Below the pieces are notes generated by a model. That model saw only the letters and a list, made by a program, of their open reading frames with translations, did not search any database and was not told the DNA's origin. From the IMG/VR virus record IMGVR_UViG_3300042898_000421: a stretch of DNA of 64,000 nt; one strand, 5' to 3'. This stretch comes from a virus. The position numbers and the translations under genes were made by a program. Shown here in pieces: positions 46,469-55,583 of this stretch (positions are counted from its first letter, which is position 1; each line of letters starts with the position of its first letter).

Positions 46469-47693
46469 CTTTGCATACGACGGCACCGTTGGAAATCAAC
46501 TTACGTGGCATTGGCACGTTAATACCTACGACAATAAGTTTTATCCCATTAATGGATTATTTGAAGAATGTTATTACGATTATCATGCACCATTACAGAC
46601 AGTATTTGAAAAGAACGGATATCAAACAAATACGCTTACAGTTAAAGATGCATTAAAAGGAACCGAGAAGTTTGTTTACGTTTTAACATTTAGATATCTG
46701 CGCAATACAATATTAAACGACCCTAGTTTTAATTTCTTTAAACATATTCCTATCGGTATCATTGATGCAGTTAATGCAGGACAATGTATTTTAATTTTAA
46801 ATGATTCTCACGAAAGTGCGTTATATACTCCGGATTTCCACGAAACACTTTTTAAAAATTTATGTGACGCGAGAATCGAGATTAGTAATATTATTTTACT
46901 AACTGGTAATCATATTAACAATACAGCAGATTCAAAAGTACCATTAATATTTTGGCAATTCTTTGAAACGGCTGTTAGGCTTGCTACTGAGGATATGAAT
47001 ATCGATATATCTAATAAGTTTAATAATCTTGCTTTACTTAGGAAGTTTTTGTGTCTTAATAGAATTCCTAGAGAGACTCGATATTATTTTATGTACAAAA
47101 TATACGAAAAAAACTTAATAAATCATTTTCGTGCTAGTCTTGACAAAGTTAATAATGTAGAAGATATTGTAAGTTATAATAACAATCTGTTCATAGATCA
47201 AATAAAAGATGAACCGATGTTTAAACAAATGTTAACAACGCTGCCGTGGGTAATTGATTCTACTAATTTTAAAATGAACCATTGGGATACAAACAGGAAC
47301 GATTTTTCATATAATAATTTAATTTTTATAGTCACTGAAACACTATTCCAGGGTGATATTAACAATATATTTTTAACGGAAAAAACGTTTAAACCTATCT
47401 CACTAAAAATGCCATTCATTGTAATAGGACAACCATTAACCTTACGGCGTTTGCGAGAATCAGGATATAAGACTTTTAGTCATTTATGGGACGAAAGTTA
47501 TGATGAGACATTCGATCCAGTTCAGCGGATGGAAAAGATATGTAATGTTGTTGAACATCTATCAACTATGTCCACAGCAGATTTGGCAGATATAGTTAAA
47601 CAAAGTTTTGACATACTAGAACATAACAGTAAATTATTAAAATCTAGAAGACCGGAATTCCAGATTATGGAATGCATTAAGGGAAAACTATGA
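46455..47693 (+). CDS. putative GT-B-like glycosyltransferase
   Basis: FLCLNR..R..R, IVTET, FLTEKTFKP..LKMPFI, GYKTF...DESYD. Confidence 0.55.
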   Translation: MKPINFAYDGTVGNQLTWHWHVNTYDNKFYPINGLFEECYYDYHAPLQTVFEKNGYQTNTLTVKDALKGTEKFVYVLTFRYLRNTILNDPSFNFFKHIPIGIIDAVNAGQCILILNDSHESALYTPDFHETLFKNLCDARIEISNIILLTGNHINNTADSKVPLIFWQFFETAVRLATEDMNIDISNKFNNLALLRKFLCLNRIPRETRYYFMYKIYEKNLINHFRASLDKVNNVEDIVSYNNNLFIDQIKDEPMFKQMLTTLPWVIDSTNFKMNHWDTNRNDFSYNNLIFIVTETLFQGDINNIFLTEKTFKPISLKMPFIVIGQPLTLRRLRESGYKTFSHLWDESYDETFDPVQRMEKICNVVEHLSTMSTADLADIVKQSFDILEHNSKLLKSRRPEFQIMECIKGKL

Positions 47694-48913
47694 AAGTTGC
47701 AATGATAGGATGTGGTAAGTTAGGTCTACCATGTGCAGAAGTAATGAGTCAGCATTATGATGTTGTGGGATATGACGTAGTTAAAGACCCTGCTGCACAA
47801 ATACCCTTACTTGATACAATAAAAGATGCGGTAGAACATAGAGATTTAATCTTTGTTGCAGTACCTACGCCTCATGATCCGGTGTATGGCGGTAGTAAAC
47901 CTATTGCTAGCCTACCATCAAAAGATTTCGATTATAGCATTGTTCAGCAAGTACTTACCGAGATTAACAAACATGTTAACAAGACACAATTAGTTGTCCT
48001 TATCAGCACAGTGTTACCGGGAACAGTTAGAGTACATTTGGAACCATGCATTACCAATGCTAGATTCATATATAATCCGTATCTTATTGCTATGGGCTCA
48101 GTTAAATGGGACATGGTCAATCCAGAATGCCTTATCATCGGAACAGCAGACGGATCACATACAGGCGATGCACAGGTACTAATTGATTTTTATAGGCCTG
48201 TTATGGAGAACACTCCTCAGATCAATGTAGGTACCTGGGACGAAGCAGAAGCAATTAAGATTTTTTATAACACATTTATCAGCGCTAAAATTGGACTAGT
48301 TAACATGATCCAAGATGTTGCTGAGAAGAATGGAAATATCAATGTTGATGTTGTGACAGATGCACTTAAGGCAGCAACACAGCGCATTACAGGACCTCGT
48401 TATCTAACGGCAGGTATGGGAGATGCAGGCGCATGTCATCCACGTGACAATATTGCTCTAAGATATCTAGCAGAGAGACTAGATCTAGGCTATGATTTGT
48501 TTCATGCAATTATGCACAGTCGAGATCAACAAGCAAAAAATATGGCTCTTAAATTAGTTGCACTGTCAAAAGAACACAATTTACCAGTTGTTATTCATGG
48601 TCGTGCATACAAACCGTATGTCGAATACACTATCGGTAGCTATAGTGAACTAGTTGGACACTTTGTAGAAACGGAGGGAGTTAATGTTTCCTACGCAGAT
48701 CCTCTTACGGGAGACACTTGGGCAGGTTGTGCGGTAATTCTAATGGCCCATAATCCAGCCGTTACCTATGCAGGTACTGGCGTAGAAATACAACCAAGTC
48801 AATTCTACTTTAATATCGAAAGCGGTAGTGTTATACTAGATCCGTGGAGGTCTATTAAAGATATTGTAGGATCCGAAGTTATACATTACGGAAATACAAG
48901 GATTAAAAAATGA
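47690..48913 (+). CDS. UDP-glucose/GDP-mannose dehydrogenase
   Basis: IGCGKLG, FVAVPTP, ISTVLPG, KIFYNTF, GDAGACHPRD. Confidence 0.9.
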   Translation: MKVAMIGCGKLGLPCAEVMSQHYDVVGYDVVKDPAAQIPLLDTIKDAVEHRDLIFVAVPTPHDPVYGGSKPIASLPSKDFDYSIVQQVLTEINKHVNKTQLVVLISTVLPGTVRVHLEPCITNARFIYNPYLIAMGSVKWDMVNPECLIIGTADGSHTGDAQVLIDFYRPVMENTPQINVGTWDEAEAIKIFYNTFISAKIGLVNMIQDVAEKNGNINVDVVTDALKAATQRITGPRYLTAGMGDAGACHPRDNIALRYLAERLDLGYDLFHAIMHSRDQQAKNMALKLVALSKEHNLPVVIHGRAYKPYVEYTIGSYSELVGHFVETEGVNVSYADPLTGDTWAGCAVILMAHNPAVTYAGTGVEIQPSQFYFNIESGSVILDPWRSIKDIVGSEVIHYGNTRIKK

Positions 48914-49476
48914 TTGATTACTCACGCATACATGCAATTCCGGAAATAGATTCGTTACTAGAAATTGCAAAATTATTGCCACCTAATCCTGTTATAGTAG
49001 AAATAGGAACATACTTAGGCGGAACAACTGTACAACTAGCCGAAACAAGACTTGATGCAAGTATCACAACAATTGACTGCTGCAATCATGGAGACAACTG
49101 GAATGAACCATACGGTGAATATGTACAAACCTATGTAGTAGAACAAGTACTATACGATAAAATATCTAAACAGCATTTATTAAACAATATTAATAGATTT
49201 AATAATATTACATTTATTGAAGGATATAGCCCTGCATGTGTAACGGATTGGAGCACAGAAATTGATCTATACTTCGAAGACGGTGACCACGCCAATCCTA
49301 ATTTACATAAAAATTTAGAATTTTGGAGTAAGTTTGTAAAAGTTGGAGGATACCTTGCGGCACATGACTATGGTAAACCGTGCCCCGATGTAATTACCGA
49401 AATTGATAAAATGATAGGCAACGGATGGAAGAAAATTACAAACGATCGGCTTTTAATTGTTCTTCAAAAGCAGTAA
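48910..49476 (+). CDS. class I SAM-dependent methyltransferase
   Basis: VEIGTYLGGT, DLYFEDGDH, KVGGYLAAHDY. Confidence 0.82.
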   Translation: MIDYSRIHAIPEIDSLLEIAKLLPPNPVIVEIGTYLGGTTVQLAETRLDASITTIDCCNHGDNWNEPYGEYVQTYVVEQVLYDKISKQHLLNNINRFNNITFIEGYSPACVTDWSTEIDLYFEDGDHANPNLHKNLEFWSKFVKVGGYLAAHDYGKPCPDVITEIDKMIGNGWKKITNDRLLIVLQKQ

Positions 49477-50520
49477 TCATTTCCTATTGCCAAATAGAAT
49501 ATAATCTTCCTTGGTATACCCTTCCATAACTTCACTACCGCTCCCGCTGTTAGGACTGCTAGTCTTGTTGTCTAGTCCTCCACGAATAGGTACTACAGCC
49601 CAAGTACAGTAATCTGTAAAGTAAGGCAAAGCCTTGAGTTCTTCTTCTAGACTTAATGTTTCTTCGCGATTGTGTGGGGCCATCATAAATTTGATTTCAA
49701 GATGCCCGTTTCCGCCTGCCGTAGCTTTTTCATCTGCAATAGCGGCCACGACTTTGACAAATTTTGCACGATCGTAAAATTCAAAGTGTACACTGAGATT
49801 TAAGTCACCGTAGTGAATGATCTCTCTATAGTATTCTGGTAAACGACTTCCGTTACTGTGTAAGCTAACATGATGCCCCATGGCATTTAGGTAACGTAAC
49901 CAATCTAAGAAATCTTTGTTAACAGTTGGTTCGCCACCACTGATGATAAAATTAACGCTTTCACCTTTGGTAAAGTGTTGTTCGAGATTGTGCGTAGCCT
50001 TCATTAGTTCTTCTAATGATTTATGCGGATCTGTTTTATTATGTATCCATGGCCAGCAATAACTACAATCATAGTTGCATCTACGACTAATTTCCCAATA
50101 GATTTGTTTTTGAGTACTTGCATGGGTACGTTCTACTGCAACAAAGTCTGTTAGTGTATCGTTACGTAATTCCGGAACTGTCGGTAGTCCTTGCCCCCTG
50201 CGTAGTAATGGCTTAAATTCTATCTTCTGAGTCTTGGGAATAAACAGGTCTGCACCACAACTACAAACATTCCTGGTGCAGTTGATCCACGAATCCGGCA
50301 CTCTAAAATCTTCAAACACATTGCCAAGCGGGCCGCCAACTCTACAGCTAGCAGTCCAGACGCCACCGTCCATATCAATAAACAAGCTATCTACACCTGC
50401 CCCGCATTTCCATCCAGAGATATAGTTCAATTTTGCACCCACTAACTCGTCTGTGCTCCAATCTCTCCATTGTCCATTTTCTGCGTATGTTCTAATTGGT
50501 TTTCCGGGCGTCTGGTCCAT
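49477..50520 (-). CDS. radical SAM protein, twitch-like domain N-terminal
   Basis: WKCGAG...SC...CTRNVCSC precedes CNYDCSYC, SGGEP, SNGS. Confidence 0.85.
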   Translation of the reverse strand: MDQTPGKPIRTYAENGQWRDWSTDELVGAKLNYISGWKCGAGVDSLFIDMDGGVWTASCRVGGPLGNVFEDFRVPDSWINCTRNVCSCGADLFIPKTQKIEFKPLLRRGQGLPTVPELRNDTLTDFVAVERTHASTQKQIYWEISRRCNYDCSYCWPWIHNKTDPHKSLEELMKATHNLEQHFTKGESVNFIISGGEPTVNKDFLDWLRYLNAMGHHVSLHSNGSRLPEYYREIIHYGDLNLSVHFEFYDRAKFVKVVAAIADEKATAGGNGHLEIKFMMAPHNREETLSLEEELKALPYFTDYCTWAVVPIRGGLDNKTSSPNSGSGSEVMEGYTKEDYILFGNRK

Positions 50521-50581
50521 TGTTTTTTCCTTGTAGCGTATTTATAATAAGTACTACTATAATGATTAACTATGAGGCCAA

Positions 50582-51334
50582 ATGAAAATAGTTGTATGTA
50601 CAGGTGGGTATGATCCACTTCACAGCGGGCACACCGCATACTTTAAAGCTGCTCGCCAGCTAGGTGATCGACTGGTTGTTGGTGTCAATTCCGATGCCTG
50701 GCTAACTCGCAAAAAAGGTCGAGCGTTTATGCCGTGGGAAGAGCGTGCTAACATAATTGCTCATCTGCATGACGTTGATAGAGTTATCAGTTTTAATGAT
50801 GACGACGGAACTGCAATTGATGCGATTCGCAAAGTTAGAGAATCCTATCCCAATCATCAAATTGTTTTTGCCAATGGCGGAGACCGTACAGCAAATAACA
50901 TCCCCGAAATGGTATTTGATGATGTTGAGTTTGTTTTTGGTGTAGGCGGCGAAGATAAAAAGAATTCTAGTAGCTGGATATTAGAAGAATGGAAAGCTCC
51001 GAAGACTACTCGCCAGTGGGGATATTACCGAGTACTCCACGAAGTTGCCGGCGTTAAGGTTAAGGAACTAACAGTAGAACCAGGGCAGTCATTGAGTATG
51101 CAAAGACACGATCATAGGAGTGAATACTGGTTAGTGTCCGAAGGCAAGTGTGTAGTAAATTCCACAATGCCCAACGGATATGCACTTCCGTCAGTTGAAC
51201 TATCTAAACACATGTCTTATCAAATTGCCCAAGGCGATTGGCATCAATTGATAAACCCGTTTGATATACCCTGCAGAATTGTAGAGATTCAGTACGGTAC
51301 ATTTTGCGACGAATCTGACATTGAGCGTAAATAA
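50582..51334 (+). CDS. cytidylyltransferase-like domain fused to mannose-6-P isomerase-type cupin
   Basis: GGYDPLHSGH, NSDAWL.RKKG, NGGDR; RQWGYY, LSMQRH.HRSEYW, WHQL, EIQYG. Confidence 0.85.
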   Translation: MKIVVCTGGYDPLHSGHTAYFKAARQLGDRLVVGVNSDAWLTRKKGRAFMPWEERANIIAHLHDVDRVISFNDDDGTAIDAIRKVRESYPNHQIVFANGGDRTANNIPEMVFDDVEFVFGVGGEDKKNSSSWILEEWKAPKTTRQWGYYRVLHEVAGVKVKELTVEPGQSLSMQRHDHRSEYWLVSEGKCVVNSTMPNGYALPSVELSKHMSYQIAQGDWHQLINPFDIPCRIVEIQYGTFCDESDIERK

Positions 51335-51339
51335 ATTAT

Positions 51340-51453
51340 ATGAATAATTTTCTACAATTTTTAAAAAATCCTTTCCGATGGTATCGAGAACGCAAGGCAC
51401 TAAAACGACGCATTGAAGAATTGCGTAAACGTGACCCTTTTATCTACAAATGA
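51340..51453 (+). CDS. 37-aa basic peptide (not in ORF track)
   Basis: MNNFLQFLKNPFRWYRERKALKRRIEELRKRDPFIYK; ATGA-coupled to the carbamoyltransferase. Confidence 0.65.
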   Translation: MNNFLQFLKNPFRWYRERKALKRRIEELRKRDPFIYK

Positions 51454-52397
51454 TACATTGGGGAATTAACTCACTTAATCATGGCAGTAGTCTAGCCGTA
51501 TTTCATAACGACAAATATATCTCAAGCTCGCAGTCTATACAAGACGTGCTGCCTGACTCGGTTATACAATATGAATTAGAACACAGTGGCAAGCCGGATC
51601 GAATCTTTTGGTACGAACAACCTTGGGTAAAGAAAGCACGTCAACTAAAGGCTGGTCAATATAGTACAGCGTTTGATATGAGCGTGTTGCCCAGCCGTAA
51701 TATGAAGCAATGTGGGTTAGGTAGTGTACCTATTACATATACTCCGCATCATGCTAGCCATGCAGCCGCTGGGTATTATACAAGCCCATTTAATCATTGT
51801 GCTGTTGTTGTATTGGATGCAATAGGTGAGTTTGAGTCTGCCACAATATGGGAAGGCCGCCACGGAGAGCTGAAGAAAGTATGGAGCCGCAGCTACCCAC
51901 ATAGTTTGGGCCTGTTTTATTCCGCATTTACTAAGTTCGTTGGTCTACAACCTATTCGAGACGAATACCTATTTCAACAAATGGCAGAACGTGGAAACCC
52001 TAAAAGGTTTAAAGACACCATAGCATCTTACTTTAAACCCGGTACTATGAAATTAGACTATAATTTCCATCGGGGTGTTCTTGGATGGAGTTGCGACACA
52101 TGGACAGAACAAGAGAAATGTGATCTTGCCGCTGCCGTACAAGTTATGTTTGAATTACAGGTAGCGATGGTTATGTATGAAGCTAAAGGGTTAATTAAGA
52201 CTAATAACTTAGTCTACATGGGCGGCTGTGCTATGAATAGCCGAGCCAATAAACAAGTTGTTAAGAGTTTTGACTATACCTGGAGTTTACCTAATCCTGG
52301 AGATCCTAGTAGTGCTATAGGTGCTGTCCTATATCATACCAAACAAAGAGTACAACGCGACTTTGGTACAGTTAAACATATTGAAATTAAAGTATGA
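51450..52397 (+). CDS. carbamoyltransferase (NodU/CmcH) N-terminal domain only
   Basis: HGSSLA, HHASHAA..YYTSPF, VLDAIGE, SLGLFY, GGCAMN, PGDPSSAIGA. Confidence 0.85.
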   Translation: MIHWGINSLNHGSSLAVFHNDKYISSSQSIQDVLPDSVIQYELEHSGKPDRIFWYEQPWVKKARQLKAGQYSTAFDMSVLPSRNMKQCGLGSVPITYTPHHASHAAAGYYTSPFNHCAVVVLDAIGEFESATIWEGRHGELKKVWSRSYPHSLGLFYSAFTKFVGLQPIRDEYLFQQMAERGNPKRFKDTIASYFKPGTMKLDYNFHRGVLGWSCDTWTEQEKCDLAAAVQVMFELQVAMVMYEAKGLIKTNNLVYMGGCAMNSRANKQVVKSFDYTWSLPNPGDPSSAIGAVLYHTKQRVQRDFGTVKHIEIKV

Positions 52398-52945
52398 TAG
52401 TGAACAGGGATGCATTTAGCAGCGGTCAAATTGGTAGCAAACTTTGGCTTTGCGAAGAACTAGAGAATCTGTTTGAATCTATAGATAGAGTGTGGATCTA
52501 CGGAGGATGGTACGGAGTAAGCGCATTCCTACTACAAAGTCGAGACCGTATTAAAATAGGTGAGATACGCAGTTATGATCTTGATCCACAATGCGAAGCT
52601 GTAGCTGACATGATCAACGAGAATTGGGTTATAGACAAATGGAAGTTTAAAGCTAAAACCCAGGACTGTAATCTACTTGATCTGGACTGGCACGGCCCAG
52701 ATTTGGTTATAAATACAAGCACCGAACACTTCGAAAGTTTGGATTGGTGGAACAGTATCCCAAAAGGAACCACTGTAGCACTTCAAGGCAACAATATGCC
52801 GCACGAAGACCACCACATACACAGCAGTAGTTTAGACGAGTTCATCGGGACTTATCCAGTTAGTAACCTACTGTACCGCGGCCAAAAAGACTTTGAGTAT
52901 CCTACCTGGAAGTTCTCAAGATTTATGCTTATTGGCATTAAGTAA
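52394..52945 (+). CDS. SAM-dependent methyltransferase-like protein
   Basis: GQIGSKLWL, IYGGWYG, SYDLDP, INTSTEH. Confidence 0.6.
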   Translation: MIVNRDAFSSGQIGSKLWLCEELENLFESIDRVWIYGGWYGVSAFLLQSRDRIKIGEIRSYDLDPQCEAVADMINENWVIDKWKFKAKTQDCNLLDLDWHGPDLVINTSTEHFESLDWWNSIPKGTTVALQGNNMPHEDHHIHSSSLDEFIGTYPVSNLLYRGQKDFEYPTWKFSRFMLIGIK

Positions 52946-52967
52946 TCCTAGATTTTACCAAAACCGG

Positions 52968-52996
52968 TTGCTTTTTACCAACTTTGACTGTACAAT
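52968..52996 (+). promoter_or_regulatory. sigma70-type promoter with TTTTACCAA boxes
   Basis: TTGCTT-17-TACAAT; TTTTACCAA in the spacer and at 52953. Confidence 0.55.
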
Positions 52997-53044
52997 AGTC
53001 ATTGTTGTATAATTATTTTACCACTAACGAAAAAGGAGGTCTAT

Positions 53045-53626
53045 ATGACTGAGTTAACGCTAGATAGGGATCAAGATACACAGGTGCAAGTTTCTTCGAC
53101 TTTGTTGAAGATCATCACATTATTGTTGATGATTGTAGCTGCTTATGGATCTGTATCTCTATTACAATGGGCCATTGCTAACAAGCAATCTAATTATCAA
53201 GTAACAGATAGTTCCCAAATTACAACAGAAGTTCGCGAAAGACAGTTAGCTTGTCTAGCTAAGAACATCTATTACGAAGCAGGCAATCAGCCGTTTGAAG
53301 GCAAGGTTGCAGTTGCACAAGTTACTATAAACAGAACCGAAAGCGGGCAGTATCCGAGTGATATCTGCAAGACAATCTATCAAAAGAATATTGTCTATGA
53401 AAAGGTACTGTGTCAATTTAGTTGGGTCTGTGACAGGACCGTTCCAACTAGGGCAGTGAACAAGGCTTCTTTTAAAGAAAGCGAAGAAGTCGCTAAGAAA
53501 GTTCTATTGGAAGGATTTCGCCTTCCTAGCCTGAAAGAAGCTATGTATTTCCACGGGGATTATATCAATCCAGGCTGGAAGAGAGAACGTATCACTAAAA
53601 TCGGCAATCACATTTTTTACAAGTAA
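53045..53626 (+). CDS. SleB-like cell wall hydrolase
   Basis: CLAKNIYYEA, VAQVTINR, QFSW, YFH, IGNHIFY; N-terminal TM segment. Confidence 0.9.
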   Translation: MTELTLDRDQDTQVQVSSTLLKIITLLLMIVAAYGSVSLLQWAIANKQSNYQVTDSSQITTEVRERQLACLAKNIYYEAGNQPFEGKVAVAQVTINRTESGQYPSDICKTIYQKNIVYEKVLCQFSWVCDRTVPTRAVNKASFKESEEVAKKVLLEGFRLPSLKEAMYFHGDYINPGWKRERITKIGNHIFYK

Positions 53627-53634
53627 GGACAAGT

Positions 53635-53955
53635 ATGTTTATCATTGATCAAATTAAAGACGCAGTATTATTTCTTGTTAAATTTGCTAAAGATCACCTT
53701 GGGCATGTAAGTGCCCATACATTAGGTTGGGTTACAATTATCCTACTGCATCTGTCTAGTATTCCTACTCTTGTAGCAGTATTGATGGCGCAGAGCGATA
53801 AGCTGCCTCCTGTAGATTTAATGGTATTTGTTTGGAGTGCATTGATCACGCTGTTTTTTAAAGCTCTTATTGAACGTAACTTCTTGTACATTGCTACTAT
53901 CTGTTTGGGCTTTGCGGCACAGACAGTAATTATGAGTTTGATCCTATTCAAATAA
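53635..53955 (+). CDS. multi-pass membrane protein (possible lysis accessory)
   Basis: three hydrophobic segments; follows the hydrolase. Confidence 0.6.
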   Translation: MFIIDQIKDAVLFLVKFAKDHLGHVSAHTLGWVTIILLHLSSIPTLVAVLMAQSDKLPPVDLMVFVWSALITLFFKALIERNFLYIATICLGFAAQTVIMSLILFK

Positions 53956-53963
53956 ATAAATCT

Positions 53964-54215
53964 ATGCGAATCACAGAACTACTTGCCGAAAAGAAAATAG
54001 CCGCACCTACTGCTAGCCAATGCTCTATTGGGCGTTCTAGATTGAGTAATGTGCGCTATTCACAATGCGTGAGCCGCGGCATGCTTAAACATGATAGCAA
54101 TCATACTGACGGTACGGGTACACAGGGCAAGGCAGGCAGCGGTGTAAGACTCAAAGGCAAAAAGTCTAAGAGTGAATTACACGGCGGCCCTGTTAAAGAC
54201 TACGACAGTAAGTAA
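53964..54215 (+). CDS. basic late protein (MRITELL N-terminus)
   Basis: TAAATA 5 nt upstream. Confidence 0.6.
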   Translation: MRITELLAEKKIAAPTASQCSIGRSRLSNVRYSQCVSRGMLKHDSNHTDGTGTQGKAGSGVRLKGKKSKSELHGGPVKDYDSK

Positions 54216-54575
54216 TTACCATTCATCTTGTTGATTGAGTTTGCTAATCGCTTTTTCCAGCAGTTCATCGTGATCTAAATCAGCATAACAGTCATCGAGT
54301 TCGTAGATCTTTTCCTCGTTGTCACTGTTAGTTTCCCATTCTTTGACACCTAACATTTCCATTAATTCTGTAAAAGTTATTTGTTCTCCACGAATTTGGC
54401 TAACCCAAATGCAAGTTAGGAAACTGCACATGAACACAGTCTTTTCGTCGTAGACTCCGTATTCATCACACCATGCCAACGTTCTATCCAAATAATAATC
54501 AATATCGTCGATTCGATGTTCTAATTGATTAATCCACTCTTTTGTATCATCTCGGGACCAAGGTCTTGTTGTCAT
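54216..54575 (-). CDS. acidic hypothetical protein
   Basis: 119-aa ORF with AAGGAAG SD. Confidence 0.7.
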   Translation of the reverse strand: MTTRPWSRDDTKEWINQLEHRIDDIDYYLDRTLAWCDEYGVYDEKTVFMCSFLTCIWVSQIRGEQITFTELMEMLGVKEWETNSDNEEKIYELDDCYADLDHDELLEKAISKLNQQDEW

Positions 54576-54584
54576 AAACTTCCT

Positions 54585-55379
54585 TTATTTTAGCCCCATT
54601 GCTTTTCTGATATTTGTAGCAGAAATAGAATGAGTTTTTTCATCAAATGTTTCTTGTTCTATTTTATAGCCCACCTCTCTACCATAGGTGATGTTAACAA
54701 TGTTCGGAACAATTTGAATCTCGTACTGACCCTGATACAACATATCTAGGTCACGTTTGATAAACCTCGTTACTTGCTCAATGGCAAATGGATTACTTCC
54801 TTGCCAGCCCTGACAGTCACGTATTTGGATAACGACCTGTCCTGTTTTAGCAATAGCTCGCTCAAACAGTTTACGATGTCCTTCGTGCCATGGTTGCCAG
54901 CGACCTAACATTTGTACAGTTTCTTTCTGCCAGTTAAACACTGGTCTACGACGGTTGTCATAAACGTGTGCGGCAATGAACTCGCCCCATTTTTCACCGT
55001 GTTGTTCTGTAATCCTAAAGTCGTATACATCCGGTGGAATGAATGCTTTGTTAGTATCTTCGTAACGACCTTTGTCAATTGTATCAACCCACACAGTCCA
55101 ATCTGCTTTGAAGTTGTCACGCATTTCTACTAGGGGCGCAACAAAGTCGCAGATTACATAATCATACTCTGTCATGCCATCTGCAAGTTCTCGCATACGA
55201 TGACTTTGTCTTATACGACCTTCTGTGCTAAAGTCCCAGTCATTGTATTTTTTACGCACATCGTCGGCATTTAGCCAACCTACTTTTTTCTTTTCGTTTT
55301 GTAAATGTTCTAGTATCCATTGAGCTAAAGTTGTTTTTCCAGCGCCTGGCAACCCCATTACTAATATTCGTGCAGTCAT
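54585..55379 (-). CDS. adenylylsulfate kinase (CysC-like) fused to an HxGH nucleotidyltransferase-like domain
   Basis: MGLPGAGKTT, NADDVR, DFS.EGR, DFVAP; LGRWQPWHEGH, NPF. TAATG-coupled start at 55379. Confidence 0.85.
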   Translation of the reverse strand: MTARILVMGLPGAGKTTLAQWILEHLQNEKKKVGWLNADDVRKKYNDWDFSTEGRIRQSHRMRELADGMTEYDYVICDFVAPLVEMRDNFKADWTVWVDTIDKGRYEDTNKAFIPPDVYDFRITEQHGEKWGEFIAAHVYDNRRRPVFNWQKETVQMLGRWQPWHEGHRKLFERAIAKTGQVVIQIRDCQGWQGSNPFAIEQVTRFIKRDLDMLYQGQYEIQIVPNIVNITYGREVGYKIEQETFDEKTHSISATNIRKAMGLK

Positions 55380-55543
55380 TAATTGTAACCTCTGCTTTTG
55401 TCTATTTCTACGCACTCTGGACATTCACAGTCCGGGCAGTATTCGCATTCAGTACAACTATGATTGCAGTGTGCAGGACAACCGCACTTGCATTTAGCTG
55501 TAAATCTTTTGTAGTTTTGAAAGTCATCCATGTATTGTTCCAT
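55379..55543 (-). CDS. 54-aa Cys-rich metallothionein-like peptide (not in ORF track)
   Basis: [54 protein letters not shown]; AGGAG SD; ATAAATA upstream. Confidence 0.75.
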   Translation of the reverse strand: MEQYMDDFQNYKRFTAKCKCGCPAHCNHSCTECEYCPDCECPECVEIDKSRGYN

Positions 55544-55583
55544 GTTTTTCTCCTGCTTAGATATTTATAGTGTAAATAGTAGT

